Assembly: GCF_036365525.1 (NCBI RefSeq)
Contig: NC_090392.1
Location: 58,033,247-58,097,246 of the forward strand
Direction of reading: 5' to 3'
DNA from: Heterodontus francisci
Lineage: Eukaryota
DNA: 64,000 nt
In this document: piece after piece, positions 35,029 through 48,207 of the stretch
How positions within the stretch are numbered: position 1 is the stretch's first letter
Layout: every line of letters begins with the position of its first letter
Position numbers and translations under genes: made by a program
Notes under the pieces: model-generated
Told to the model about the DNA's origin: nothing
The model's database searches: none
What the model saw: only the letters and a program-made list of their open reading frames with translations

Positions 35029-38000
35029 GTGAGGGCAATATCTATGAAAATGAAGCCTTTTTTTTTAGTAATGATTAGAAGAGTCATACAGAGGCATATA
35101 GTTTTATGAGAAAGAACTTTAAAATGGGTTCATATTAACAAAAGTTAATGATTGCATTCTGGTTGAGTTCCATTTGGACCACTTGTATTACAATTGGTTA
35201 ATTCTTGCTAAATCTCAAAATAGCTGCAAAAGAGCATATATAAAGTATCACTATAAGAGCAACACCGAGCATGCAGTTCTCCTGTATTGAAATAGATTTT
35301 GATAGTCAGATGTCAAAGCATTGTATCGATACTATTTAGTGCAGGGAATTTCATGCATTACTAGTTCACTAGCAAACAAAGCATCTGATTGTAATGCACC
35401 TGAAATAATATATATTTCTTTCACATTTGTCAAGCAATTGAATGGCTAAAAGGTTTAACTGATGCAAAGTTTGTGAATCCTGATAGGTAAATTAGAGTTT
35501 CTATTACTATCTTGATGCATATTTAGTTTAGTTCATCTTTGCTACCTAACTTATGTCTTACACCAAAACCAATCCAAAGGCTAACTAAACTAGAACTGTC
35601 TAATCAAGTGAACAGGTTTCTGCATATTAGCTCTTGGATAATATTGTTGGAGACTGCTGTGACCAATTGTTAAATTGACATTTACGATTTTGCATGTTGA
35701 TGAAAATATTATGGGTTAACTAAATCAAGCACTGATTTGTACCTTTTCATTCATATAAAATAGTAAATTATGTTGTAGATCTCAAGATAAGATTGTAGGA
35801 AAGACTGTGGTGATACTTAAACTGCGCCTGCTCAAACTGACCAACATCAGTTCACCTGATTAAATCTGGCTTTGCTTCTATTCCTTTCTGTGCAATTCTG
35901 TATTTCTTTCTCATTAATGGCCTTTAGTAAGGCTTTTACAAATAGGTCATTTGATTTGTACATTTCATTTCTGCGTTTTCTAAGAGTGATCTGCAATTGT
36001 CTAGCAGATAATATTAGAATCAGAATCCTGAGGAAATCTCTGTTGAACTGTGGCTGCTGCACTAAGATTTTTTTTAAAAATTGTGGTATTCTTAATATTT
36101 TCTCATGCAGATAAATACAACGTCTATTTCGTCACCTTTTGTTTCTGCTATGTCCCTGTCACTGTTTAGGATGGAAATGAGACTCAGATTCTGGTAGTGC
36201 CACATTGACACTCTTGAACAGTCTTACTCACCTACTTACGTACACCTTTTTTCCATTGCAACGGAACACTAAAAGGAACATATCTCCTTCAGTTTGAACA
36301 ACACAAATCACTAGATGGCTCCTCCCTACTTCTTCCTGCATGGTTGCTGATTTCAGATAAGTCATGAGCACAATTGTGCCTGCCTTCCTGTACAAGGTTA
36401 ATTTATGCCACTTTGTTAACATCAAATGATTAAAGAATAACACCTTACACTTCTTTAATAGTTAGTGACACTACACAAATGGGACCTGACTCATAACATC
36501 CCTAAAGAACACTAAAATTCACAAAAATAAAGTGACTAGTGGAAGTTATTAAGCTGTAATTATTCTAATACTTTGTGACCTAGTCACTAGCACTTACCTA
36601 TATTTGGTTTGAACAAACTGCAGTTTAGGCGGCATAAACCATTATTTACGGTTCTGTTGCTATCTTCGTCTCTGTTTAAACGATAACATTTTACAATCTG
36701 TTGACCTGTTAATGAGGTACAAGTTCTAGCCAAAATGAAAAGTGATCATCATTATCAGTAGTTCATAGAAAAAGTATGTTGAGAAGAAGTACTAGGGGGG
36801 TTATAAAGATATCAGAAGCATTGCTTGCTTCTTTCAGGGAATTAGGAGAAGGAACTTTGTTAAAAATTACTTTTTGCAATGTTAGTGATAAAGTATTAAT
36901 CACATTTATGTCAAGTTCCTCTCTGTCAGATTTACAAGCAATTTAACATACTTAAAATGAACAGGCTAATGTGCCTACTAAAGCAGAGAGAGAGAGAGAG
37001 AGAAATTTGCTACCAACACATTCAGCACTTTTTGTTATTCTCGGGATATGTACAATGCTGACAAGATCACATTTATTGCAAATATTAGTTAACTAGGCTA
37101 CTTCTGAATCAAGCAGTAGTGTGGACTAGAGTGATGGTAGACCAGACGAGGTAGGTTCGCTACCCTAAAGGTCATTAGTAAACCAGTTGGATTATTGTAA
37201 CACAAAAATAAAAGCTTTCAAGGGCATATTTCTTGGCGTCAGCCGACAAATTACTAGAATTATTGCATTAATTTCCACAATTTACTGGGATTTAATCTCT
37301 TGACTCTGGGTTGATAGCCCAGTGTCATATCGTTATTCCACAATCCATCTCAGAGGATGACATCACTGTCAGCAGTGTCTATTTTTCCATATTTGACTGG
37401 GGTTTTGGACATGACAGTAACCCTCTGAATCTGGTCCAAGTGATCATCCTCCAGGTGTGAGCCAGGGTTATGACTGTTTACATATTATGCAGATATAGTA
37501 TTGCCACAGTACAACAGTGATTACACTTCAGAAGGACTTCATTGGTTGTAAATTGCTTCATTAATTACGAATCAGTAATCCTGCATTAATTCTATCCTTA
37601 TCTAATGCCCACACAAGGGACTTTCCACAGCAACTAAGCTCGAAATGTGGCTGATATTACCCCCACCCACCCTTCCACCCTGACCCCCCCACCTGCTCAG
37701 AAGGACAAGCCCAGTAGTAAAATCTCAACTGCTGCATTGGGTATGCTTTACCAGGTAAGACAAAACTGACCACATTGCTTGATGCGCTTTTCCACCAAGC
37801 CTTTGGAGCAGCTTTAATCTTTATTCTCGTTGAATAATCAGCAATTGTGGATAGGTGGAAACAGGCAGAATCAAGGGGGAAGGTATCAATTCAGAAATAA
37901 AGCAATCATATAGCGTAAGAATAATCAACAGTTGCAAAATATAACAGAGTGATTATTTTAATAACAATTTTGCAGGTAGTTCAATAGTATGTCACTAATA

Positions 38001-38079
38001 CAGTGAATCCTCTGCTGGACAGTTCTGATTTTTATGAGGTGTATAAATAAATGTATTCATTTTTTTTTTTGGGAACTGA

Positions 38080-39860
38080 TCCATTAGGGACCAAGGGGGA
38101 AATCGGTGGGTGGATCCAGAGGACATTGGTAGGATGTTGAACGAATACTTCACATCTGTCTTCACCCAAGAGAATGAGGATGTAGATATGGAACTCAGAG
38201 AGAGAGACTGTGAGGTTCTTGAGCAAATTGTCATAGGGAGTGACAAGGTATTGGAGGTTTTGGCAGGCTTAAAAGTGGACAAATCTCCAGGTCCGGACGA
38301 TTTGTGTCCCAGGATGCTGTGGGAGGTGAGGGTGGAGATTGCAGGGGCTCTGACTCAAATTTTTAATTCCTCTCTGGCCATGGGCGAGGTGCCAGAGGAC
38401 TGGAGAACAGCTAATGTGGTCCCACTATATAAGAAAGGTTGTAGAGATAAGCCAGGGAACTACAGACCAGTGAGTCTCATGTCAGTGGTAGGGAAACTGT
38501 TGGAGAAAATTCTGAAGGAGTGAATCTATCTCCACTTGGAGAGGCAAAATTTGATTAGGAATAGTCAGCATGGCTTTGTCAGAGGGAGGTCATGCCTAAC
38601 AAATTTGATTGAATTTTTTGAGCATGTGACCAGGTGTGTAGATGAGGGTAGTGCAGTTGATGTAGTTTACATGGATTTCAGCAAAGCCTTTGACAAGCTC
38701 CCACATGGGAGACTTATCAAGAAAGCAAATGCACATGGGATACAGGGTAACTTGATAAGGTGGATTCAAAATTGGCTTAGCTGTAGGAGACAGAGAGTGA
38801 TGACAGACGGCTGTTTTAGTGACTGGAAGCCAGTGTCCAGTGGCGTACCACAGGGATCTGTGCTGGGTCCCCTATTGTTTGTCATTTATATAAACGACAT
38901 AGATGACTATGTGGGGGGTAGGATCTGTAAGTTTGTGGATGACACAAAGATTGGCCGAGTGGTTAACAGTGAGGTTGAGTGTCTTGGGCTACAGGAATTT
39001 ATAGACAGGATGTTCAAATGGGCAGAAACGTGGCAGATGGAATTTAACCCCGAAAAGTGTGAGGTGATACACTTTGGAAGGAGTAATGTGACACAGAAGT
39101 ATTCAATGAATGGCCTGACACTGGGAAGTTCCGAGGAACAAAGGGACCTTGGCGTGTTTGTCCATAGATCTCTGAAGGCAGAAGGGCAGGTTAATAGGGT
39201 GGTGAAAAAGGCATATGGGACAATTGCCTTTATCAATCGAGGCATAGATTACAAAAGCAGGGAGGTCATGTTGGAGTTGTATAGAACTTTGGTAAGTCCA
39301 CAGCTGGAGTACTGTTTGCAATTCTGGTTGCCACATTACAGGAAGGATGTGATTGCACTGGAGGGGCTGCAGAGGCGATTCACCAGGATGTTGCCTGGGA
39401 TGGAACATTTAAGCTAAGAAGAGAGGTTGGATAGGCTTGGGTTGTTTTCGCTGGAGCAGAGAAGACTGAGGGGTGACCTGATCGAGGTGTACAAGATTAT
39501 GAGGGGCATGGACAGGGTGGATAGGGAGCAGCTGTTCCCCTTAGTTGAAGGGTCAGTTACGAGGGGACATAAGTTTAAGGTAAGGGGCAGGAGGTTTAAG
39601 GGGGATTTGAGGAAGAACATTTTTACCCAGAGGGTGGTGATGGTCTGGAATGCACTGCCTGGGAGGGTGGTAGAGGCGGGTTGCCTCACATCCTTTAAAA
39701 AGTACCTGGATGAGCACTTGGCATGTCATAACATTCAAGGCTATGGGCCAAGTGCTGGCAAATGGGATTAGGTAGACAGGTCAGGTGTCTTTAATGCATC
39801 GGTGCAGACTCGATGGGCCAAAGGGCCTCTTCTGAACTGTATTATTCTGTAATTCTGTGA
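38080..39860 (+). mobile_element. CR1 LINE, 5'-truncated; ORF2 in a single frame with two in-frame stops (38521, 39415)
   Basis: ORFs 38110, 38536 and 39427 share one frame. KSPGPD, NYRPVSL, QHGF, DFSKAFD, GVPQGSVLGP, FVDD (YADD-equivalent), then a CR1 tail. Confidence 0.93.
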
Positions 39861-41229
39861 CTTTCACAGAGCAAACAGTTTTTGCACATTTAAAGACAAT
39901 AGAATCCACTTTTTATAAAGGCTCAAGCTATATATGAAAGATAGTATTCAGGGTGAAGGAGGTAATATGCAGCTGGTTTAGATGTAGCAGTCTGTTTCTT
40001 ATCAATATGCGTGCTGACTGTACCTCACTTTACATTGTTCCTTGTTCTGCTCTGTTGCTGTGAGCCTCTCTGAAAATTCACTTGTTCCTTTTCTTATACT
40101 TCCTCTATACTTTTGATTTATCAATGAATTGATATCTTCCCCCTTGATTCTGCGTGTCTCTACGTAGCCACGACTCAGATCAGCATTTGATTTATGAGCT
40201 ACAGGTTTCCTTTCTTATTAATTTTGGCTCCCTTTCCTCCTTCCTTAACCTTCTGTTAAAACAAACATGGATCAAACCTGCTTTTATTGGTACAAGTAAT
40301 TTATGAAAGCACAAAGAAAATGGAAGTATGCGTGTCAAATTAAGCAATAATATTTCTGTATTATATCAAACACATACAGAAATGTGCTGTTAACATTGGC
40401 CAGAATCTTGCTGCCTAAGTTTTTTAAATACAACCCGAGACCATTTCCAGGTCCCAACCCTAATGGTTTCTGCCGTCCACTCGCTTGCACGATCTTCCAG
40501 GAGGCAGCCAACTAACAGGTCACCTCTGGAAGCCCCATCCAATTCAGGATGGTGGAGGGGCTGCCCAGGTGGGAGGGCCAATCAGAGTGCCTGAGGCTGT
40601 GGGCAGTTGGCAGTCCCAACAGGAGAGTTGGGCACTGCGATGTAAGAAAGAGTGCCACAAGACAGGGGTGCCTTCTGAAGACTTCAAAAGTCTGCCCACG
40701 GCTGGAAGACCATCATTGTGGAGGGGCAAATATATTTTACTGTACTTTTGTTAAAAACTCTCTTTGGCTATTTTTGGCTTGTTTTAATTTGGAATCAGAC
40801 CTTTCCGTGGAATAATCTTTTGTTTTCATAATGTGAAAGTTGGCAAGGCTGCTTTATATTGTGCACCTCTAAGTTGCTCTGAGTAGGTGGTGGTGGTGAG
40901 CTTTATATTAGCAATTGTTTGTACAGCTGACTGTTCCTCACTTCACATAAAGAACCAACCACATAGTGTGGATTAGCGTTACATTTTAGTCAGACCAGAT
41001 CAGGCTGGGAGATTCCCTTCCCTGAAGAATATGAGTTAAACTAATTGTTTTCTTTGCTGGCAATGTCGTGGCTTTCATTGACTTTTTTTGGTGCACCTCC
41101 ACAAATTATCAGATTTGAACTCAAAAGTCTCTAGATTGTTAAGTTCAGTACCATAGCTTGCTCTTTAATCATTCATCGACTAAAATCTCATGTCGGGTTG
41201 TGGCCTCTTTGGATAAGTAAGACAAGTGA

Positions 41230-42480
41230 AGTGTATTTCAATGAGAGAACATTGGGTAATAGTGATCATAATATAATTAGGTTTAAAGTAGTTTTGGAAA
41301 GGGACAAAGGAAAATCAAAGGTGAAAATATGCAATTGGACAAGGGCTAATTTCAGTGATTTGAGAAGGGATCTAGCGCAGATGGACTGGAAAAAAAAAAG
41401 ACAATTGGCCAGGGAAAGAGTAAACGAGCAATACAGGAGATAGTTTGGGTGCAAATCAAGCATATTCCCATGAGGAGGAAAGCTGTGGCATCCAAAGTCA
41501 AGCTCGTTGGATGACAAATGAAATAGAGGTTGGAATAAAACAGGAAAAGGAGATTTATGCCAAATGTCAGATACAGAATGCAATTGAAAATCAGGCAGAA
41601 CACAGAGAGTGCAGGGGGGCAATTGAAATAAGAAGGGAAAAGAGAGAGTATGAGAAAAGACTAGCAGGTACCCAAAAATCTTTTATAAACACATAAATAA
41701 AAGGATAGTTAAAGGAATGGTGGTGCCAATGTAAAACCTTTGAAAGAATGCATGGAATCGATTGATGTAATCATATGCCCAGTGCATTCATAGTGAAAGC
41801 ACACAGTACAGGCTTCAACTAGTGCATCATTTAAAAAAAAAATCAGGGAATTCTAATTAACATCCATTTTCTGTTGATGATATAAATAATTTCAAAGTAT
41901 TTATAGTGTAGAAACAGGCCATTTTGCCCAAAGTGTCCATGTCAGTGTTTATACTCCACACAAACCTTCTACCACCCTTCTTCATCTGACCCCAACAACA
42001 TATTTTTCTTTCCCTTTCTCCCTCATGTGTTTATCTAGCTTCCTTTTAAATGCATCTATGCTATTTGTCTCAACTATTCCTTCTTGTAATGAGTTCCAAA
42101 TTCTAACCACTATCTAAGTAAGGAAGTTTCTTCTGAATTTCCTATGGGATTTATGAGTGACTATCTATTATCTATGGCTGGTAGTTCTGTTCTCATTCAC
42201 AAGTGGAAGCATATTCTCTATGCCGACCTTATTAAAACCTTTCATCATCTTAAAGATCTCTATCAGGTCACCTCTCAGTCTTCTCTTTTTCTCAAGAAAA
42301 GAGCTCTAGTCTGTTCAGTCCTTCCTGATATATGTAACCTCTCTGGTCTCATACTTGCAATTTTTTTTGCACTTTCTTCAGTGCCTCTATAACCTTTTTA
42401 TAATATGGACACCAGAACTAGTCACAGTTACTCCAAGTGTAGTTTATACAAGGTTCTATACAAGTTTAAAATAACTTTTC
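41230..42480. mobile_element. Two decayed CR1 fragments (41230-41735 +; ~41900-42480 -)
   Basis: LGNSDHNIIRF...NWTRANF...KREYEKRLA; reverse-oriented 3' region. Confidence 0.6.
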
Positions 42481-45020
42481 AATTCTATCTAGTAACTTTT
42501 ACCAAACCCAGTATTATGCATGAATTGCATTATTGCACAATGGCTGAAGTAGTGTCATTAATGGCTGCATATCTTCAAATATCAATTCACCTCCCTCACA
42601 CTATCAATCGCAGCACCTCAACCAAGCAAGCTTCCTCAAATATATTGTTAGCACTATTTAAAAAGATCCAAGAATACATAGAAATAGATGAAAACTGAAA
42701 TGATATTTTAGGATTATTTGTAACTTTATTTTTATTAAAGTATACTGAGAGTTAAGCTTGCTGCAATCATTTGTATTAATAGCAGTTTTTACATGCCCAG
42801 TTGTAATGTAACATTACGAGCCTATTTTTCTAAAAGCTACGGCCCACGGAAGTAAGCTATTCTTCCCTGATATAGCATGATGTACTTTCTAACAACAACC
42901 AGAAGGACAGGGTTGAGACAATTAAACGCATGTTATAAAACTGCTCTCCTAAAAATAGCCTGAGCAAATGACATTAGCTGGGTGCTATTAATTTGAAAAT
43001 GTTTACCTGTTTACATTTTGTCTAAGTCATTAATCTAATCAACACCTTTGTTAAAATAATGATCAGAGCAGCTTCATGCAAGTGCATTTACATGCTTTAT
43101 TGCAAATATTGAACAGCATAATTTCAACCCTGAGCACTTTCAAAGAGGAAAGGACAAGGAAGAATTTTATTGTCTTCAGAAAACATCCTTTGATATTACT
43201 TTTGCCAAATGAGTGGAAAAGAATTCTACAACTATTAGAATATTTTGCAAAATTATCTTTGTGTGAATTGGGATACCGCTGTCATATGCTTCCAGTGCGT
43301 CAAGTTCTAAATACGTTCACTAACGTACCACAGCCGAACAATTTAAAGCATGCTTCCTGGTTTCTAAATAATGAATATTTATCAAAAATAAATTTGCAGA
43401 ATTAATAAAGCAACAACACCAGCAGTCAACTTTGGAAAGAAAAATGTCCATTTATATAGTACCTTATAATGTTTCTCAGAAATGGCTCAGTACTTTGAAG
43501 TGCATTAAACTGTTACTATGCAAGTGAATATAGGAGAGAAACAAAAACAACTTAGCAAAGAGAAAAAATCAAATACAATCCACTGTTATAGACAGGAGAG
43601 AAATGAATGGCTCCCCCTTTTTCACTTCTCAACTGACTGAAGGCAGCATTTATAAAAAAAAGTGTTTTAATTCCTGAGTGCTTTAATTGTCAGGAACAGA
43701 AAAATGACAGGTTTTCTTGTAAGTTTTAAAAGAAAGATAAATGTTTATTGTTCATCACCCAAATATACACAACTACACCCACTCTTACACTCAAACAGAT
43801 ACACACACACTCAAGAAAAGATTGTGATTATAAAAGTAGCATGCGTTTACGCCTTATGATTTCAAGAGTTCACTGTTACAGTTACTGTTACCCGGGGTGC
43901 AGACTTGAAATGATGCAGGCCTGTAATCCTTTTTTTGTTCACTGAAGAACATCTCTGGTGGTTTAAGAGGGCAGATTTGTTGTTGTTTTAATTTCGCAGT
44001 AGCAGATTTCTCTTGTTATACTCCAGTCAAGGTTCGATGGCAAGATGGAAAGTTCAGGGCCAACACAAGTCTCTGCCTACATGTGGTCTTAGGCAGGGTC
44101 TTCTCTCTTCGTTAACATTGATGTTTTTCTCTGTCTGTTCTGCATATGCCTTATTGATACCCCTTATCAAGAAACCTAGTTTCTGTCATGTAACCAGAGC
44201 ATCTCTTTCCATTCACTCACCCACATACTATCTTAAAAAAAAATAGAGCTTTACACACCTGTTTTCTGGATTTCAAGTTTGGAGTTGAGGAGTCTGCAAA
44301 TAGTATTGTGAACCCAGATTTTTTATAATTAGTTGGAGAAATGCAGCCATGCTCACAGGAAGGGTCATTTACATTTCAATGACTTCTCAAAGATATATCC
44401 AGAAAGGTCATTTGCTTGAGAATGACTTTGCCTAGTCTTGTCCAGGATGAAAATTAGCTCGGGGATTTTGCAGTTCCATGTGTATTGGCAGGTAACAGAA
44501 GGTCACCTGACCTCACAACTCCATTTTGTTTTACAGGAAAGTGTCCGTTTCCAGTTTACACATCATAAGTTCATATTTATAGTTTGAGTTTGTATTGTGT
44601 GCCTGTGACACCAATATAAATTTTGCGAAAGTTGCAACAATCCATCTGAAAGGCAAAATAAATCAACATTTTATAAAACATAATTTTTCATCTGTTAAAC
44701 TCATTATTAAAGAATATTGAATGATAGTCCAAATGTTACAATGCTATTTATTCTTGCAGTATTTTGAAATGACCACATCATTTGTGTTTTAAGCAGTTTG
44801 CACAGGGGTTGGGTGTTATGACCCTGTGGTTCTTGGGGTTTAGGCTCTATCATATGAATTCGCAAATCCACAGCTTTCATAGGCAATGAATTTGTTTTTC
44901 GACTGAGCTGGTGGTAACAACTAACTGTGTTAGTGTCAGTTCTATGAAGTTCCTGTTTGTCCAGCAGGGCAATGATTACGGAAAGTTTACTGTGGTGAAA
45001 TAAGATGCAATAATTTAACA

Positions 45021-45366
45021 GGGCGGCACAGTGGTTAGCACCGCAGCCTCACAGCTCCAGCGACCTGGGTTCAATTCTGGATACTGCCTGTGTGGAGTTT
45101 GCAAGTTCTCCCTGTGTCTGCATGGGTTTCCTCCAGGTGCTCCGGTTTCCTCCCACAAGCCAAAAGACTTGCAGGTTGGTAGGTAAATTGGCCATTCTAA
45201 ATTGCCCCTCGTATAGGTAGGTGGTAGGGAAATATAGGGACAGGTGGGGATGTGGTAGGGATATGGGATTAGTGTAGGATTAGTATAAATGGGTGGTTGA
45301 TGGTCGGCACAGACTCGGTGGGCCGAAGGGCCTGTTTCAGTGCTGTATCTCTAAAACTAAACTAAA
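45021..45366 (+). mobile_element. HE1-type SINE
   Basis: GGGCGGCACAGTGGTTAGCACC...GGGCCGAAGGGCCTGTTTCAGTGCTGTATCTCTAAAACTAAACTAAA. Confidence 0.9.
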
Positions 45367-46239
45367 GAACTGAACACAAGATTAATTGAAAGAAGAAATG
45401 CAAAAAAAAAATTGGAAACGTAGCTTTCAGTATACACAAAATATGCATGTGAAATCAAGTTAGCTTATAGCAGACACTCATCTGATCAGTCGTTCCAAAT
45501 GTTAATATTGAGGAAGTTTTGATGAGTTAGATCTGATATGCTGAATTTACCCTAGACAGGATAAATTGTGATAGAACAATGTTCAGAATTGAATAGTTAA
45601 CTGAATTAGGGAGAGTACTTTGTTAGTACTCCAATCTATTGCGAAACCATCTTTGAGACTTTTGTGCAAGACTGTAGTGCTTGGGCAGCAAGTCTGCATG
45701 CTGTAAGTATAGAAATTAATGGGGTGTTATGCATTCCCAATCATTTGTCCTAAAGTGGATGCATCAACAGCATGTAAAGTTTAGAAAATTAAATCATGAA
45801 TGAAGATCAGTCAAACCATTAAGCATAAAATTACAGGGGAATGATAGACACTAACATCCAGAAAGGGAGCCAATCCTGTCCTTTGCTCCTTTAGTGCTGA
45901 CAAGATCTTGGCCCAACAACAGAGTTAGTAACTTATACCTGAGCAGTGATATGAACAGTGTGATTGGGTTGTGGTCTTACTTTTCAACTCAGAGGTTTAT
46001 CGGTTGCATTTTCTAGGTACCACATTTCGTGCAGTAAGAAGCATTTCCCCTAGATTGACAATACATTTGCTCTGCTGCAAGAATCAGCCCTACAGTGAGA
46101 AGCTAGCACAACAAGAGCAGCTAATCCATTTTAATTTCCAACTATGTAGATTTCAGGTTGAATCTGTTGATAGCAGACCACTGAGCCAGATATTTGTGGG
46201 TTTAAGACCCACTTCTGGATTTGAGCACAGAATGAACTT

Positions 46240-46670
46240 AATTGATATTGCACTTTATCGTGTCCTCAGAATAGTCTAAAGCACCTTACAATCAATTGAT
46301 TTCTTCTAAGTTCCTGTCACCGTTGTCCTGCATGTAAACACAGCAACTAATATGCACACAGCAAATTGTTACAAACAATAAAGAAATAAATAGCCACATA
46401 ATCTGATTTTTACTGGGGTTGGTTAACTGAGGAACGTTGAACAATGGGAAAACTCTCTGCACTTACTCAAATAGTGCCATGGGATCTCTTACATCCACCT
46501 ATGTAGATAAGCATGACTTAACGGGTTTTACCAACTGTGCAGAACTCCCTCAGAGTTGCACTGAAGTATCAGGTTAAATTAGGTACTCAAGTCTATAGTA
46601 GGACTTTACCTCACAACCTTTTGTTTTGGAGTTGAGAGATCTACCAACAAAGTCAGGCGAAAGCTCAGCT
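46240..46670 (-). mobile_element. Old Deu-domain-type SINE remnant
   Basis: AATAGTGCCATGGGATCT, CTCCCTCAG..TGCACTGAAGT and CACAACCTT are shared with other copies. Confidence 0.5.
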
Positions 46671-48207
46671 GATAATTCAATACGTTAGTGAGAAAGTGCA
46701 CATAGTGTGGCTCAACATTAAATTAAGGCTCTGTCTGCCTGTTTCAGTAGTTCAAGTGGTATTAAAAATTCAGTAGCAGTATCTGAAGGTTGTTCATGGG
46801 TGTTCTGATCAACCTTTCACCTGACGACAAAAAGATTATGGGGCTGAAATTGCTTGGCCTTTCTAGTGGACTCCTGCCACAACTCCATTGGGAATGCATT
46901 GTAAGGGCTCGGAAGTATGCCGTGATACCAAGGTGGCCAAAGGTGGTAGTAAATCATCTCTCTTTGGAAGGGGAATTGCGCACCCTTTATCCCTACACTG
47001 GGTGGCAACTGAAACCCGTGTTTCTGGTAGCATAGGGCTGGTGGCACCTGAGACGGGATGGTCAGCTGCCAGTCCCACGCCAATATGGTGCCCTCCCACT
47101 GATCTAGCAACCCCGAATGGGATTCAGCATTAACAGGCTTCACTGCTGGGATTGCAGCCCGTGTAAGTGCTCTCGCCATTTGTGGGGCACTGCTGACAAC
47201 AATTCATTGTTGGAAGTCCTTTGAAATATTTCAGCATTGTAGGAAACTAGATAAATACTAACATCATTTTGTGTTAATGGAGTGGGAGGTATGTTGAAAA
47301 GTTGGATGTAGATCCTATGTAGTCCTGTGTGCTTCCAGTAATCTTTTGAGTTTCATTTGCATCTGTAGAATTTTGTTCCTCCAATTGCCCCCATTTTCTT
47401 GATTTTTTTCTTTGTATCATTTTCTTATTTATTTGCTCTTTTAATGTGTCACTGAGATAATCTTTTGCATCATTGGACAGTTTTAAATTAAGCAGTTTGC
47501 ATTTAACACAAAAGTCTGTGATTTTGGGGCATTTGTTGTTTCCTCACTTACCCGTCACATTTCAGTTCAGATGAAGGGTTACACTCGTAAGGTTAACTTG
47601 TCTTTTTTCTTTTTTGATGCTTATTGCCATGCTGTGTATTTCCAACAAATTTTGTATTTTGAGCATTGCAGTTTTTTCAAGTAAATACAAACTTTATTCT
47701 ATTATTCCAACATAGTTATAAAAACTGCCATCAAGCAGCATACGTGAGTAAAAGATGATGTGAAACCAGTCTTGTTAACTGATAACTAATATTAGAAGAA
47801 GGGGATGCTGCACAGCAGTGTATATCTTGAATTTTCCTCATGTTGGGCAAATTGGATTAAAATATCTTGTAAACTGCAGTTTGAAAGCAGAGTGATTACA
47901 TTAATATTTATAGGTCTAACTCATTAAAAGGATGTTAGTGATTAATGTGCATCATTTGCCAACTTGCACGCATACCTTTTGAAGCCTGTTGTAATATTTA
48001 TGAGTTATCCTTACAGTCTCTCTTTTATGTTGTACTTCCAGTATGTTAATACAATAATTTGGGCTTTTTGTGAAGGCATTTGGGCAAACACAGGTGACAG
48101 ACAGAACTTCCATGAAGGGAGGTTTACAATTATACTCATATGAAAGGAAAGACTTCAGAACATCCCAAAATGCTTTACAGCCAATGGAGTACTTTTAAAA
48201 TGTACTC

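Noticed and set aside
36240-36268. Possible - strand micro-exon (TTCCTTTTAG...GTAAGT)
   Set aside because: No partner exons or recognisable protein on the - strand; such site pairs occur by chance.
20078-47600. Selection against sense-strand ribozymes (unpaired + strand copies at 20078, 26882 and 47563 all have core mutations)
   Set aside because: Unpaired - strand copies are also mutated, so age explains the pattern, and the sample is tiny.
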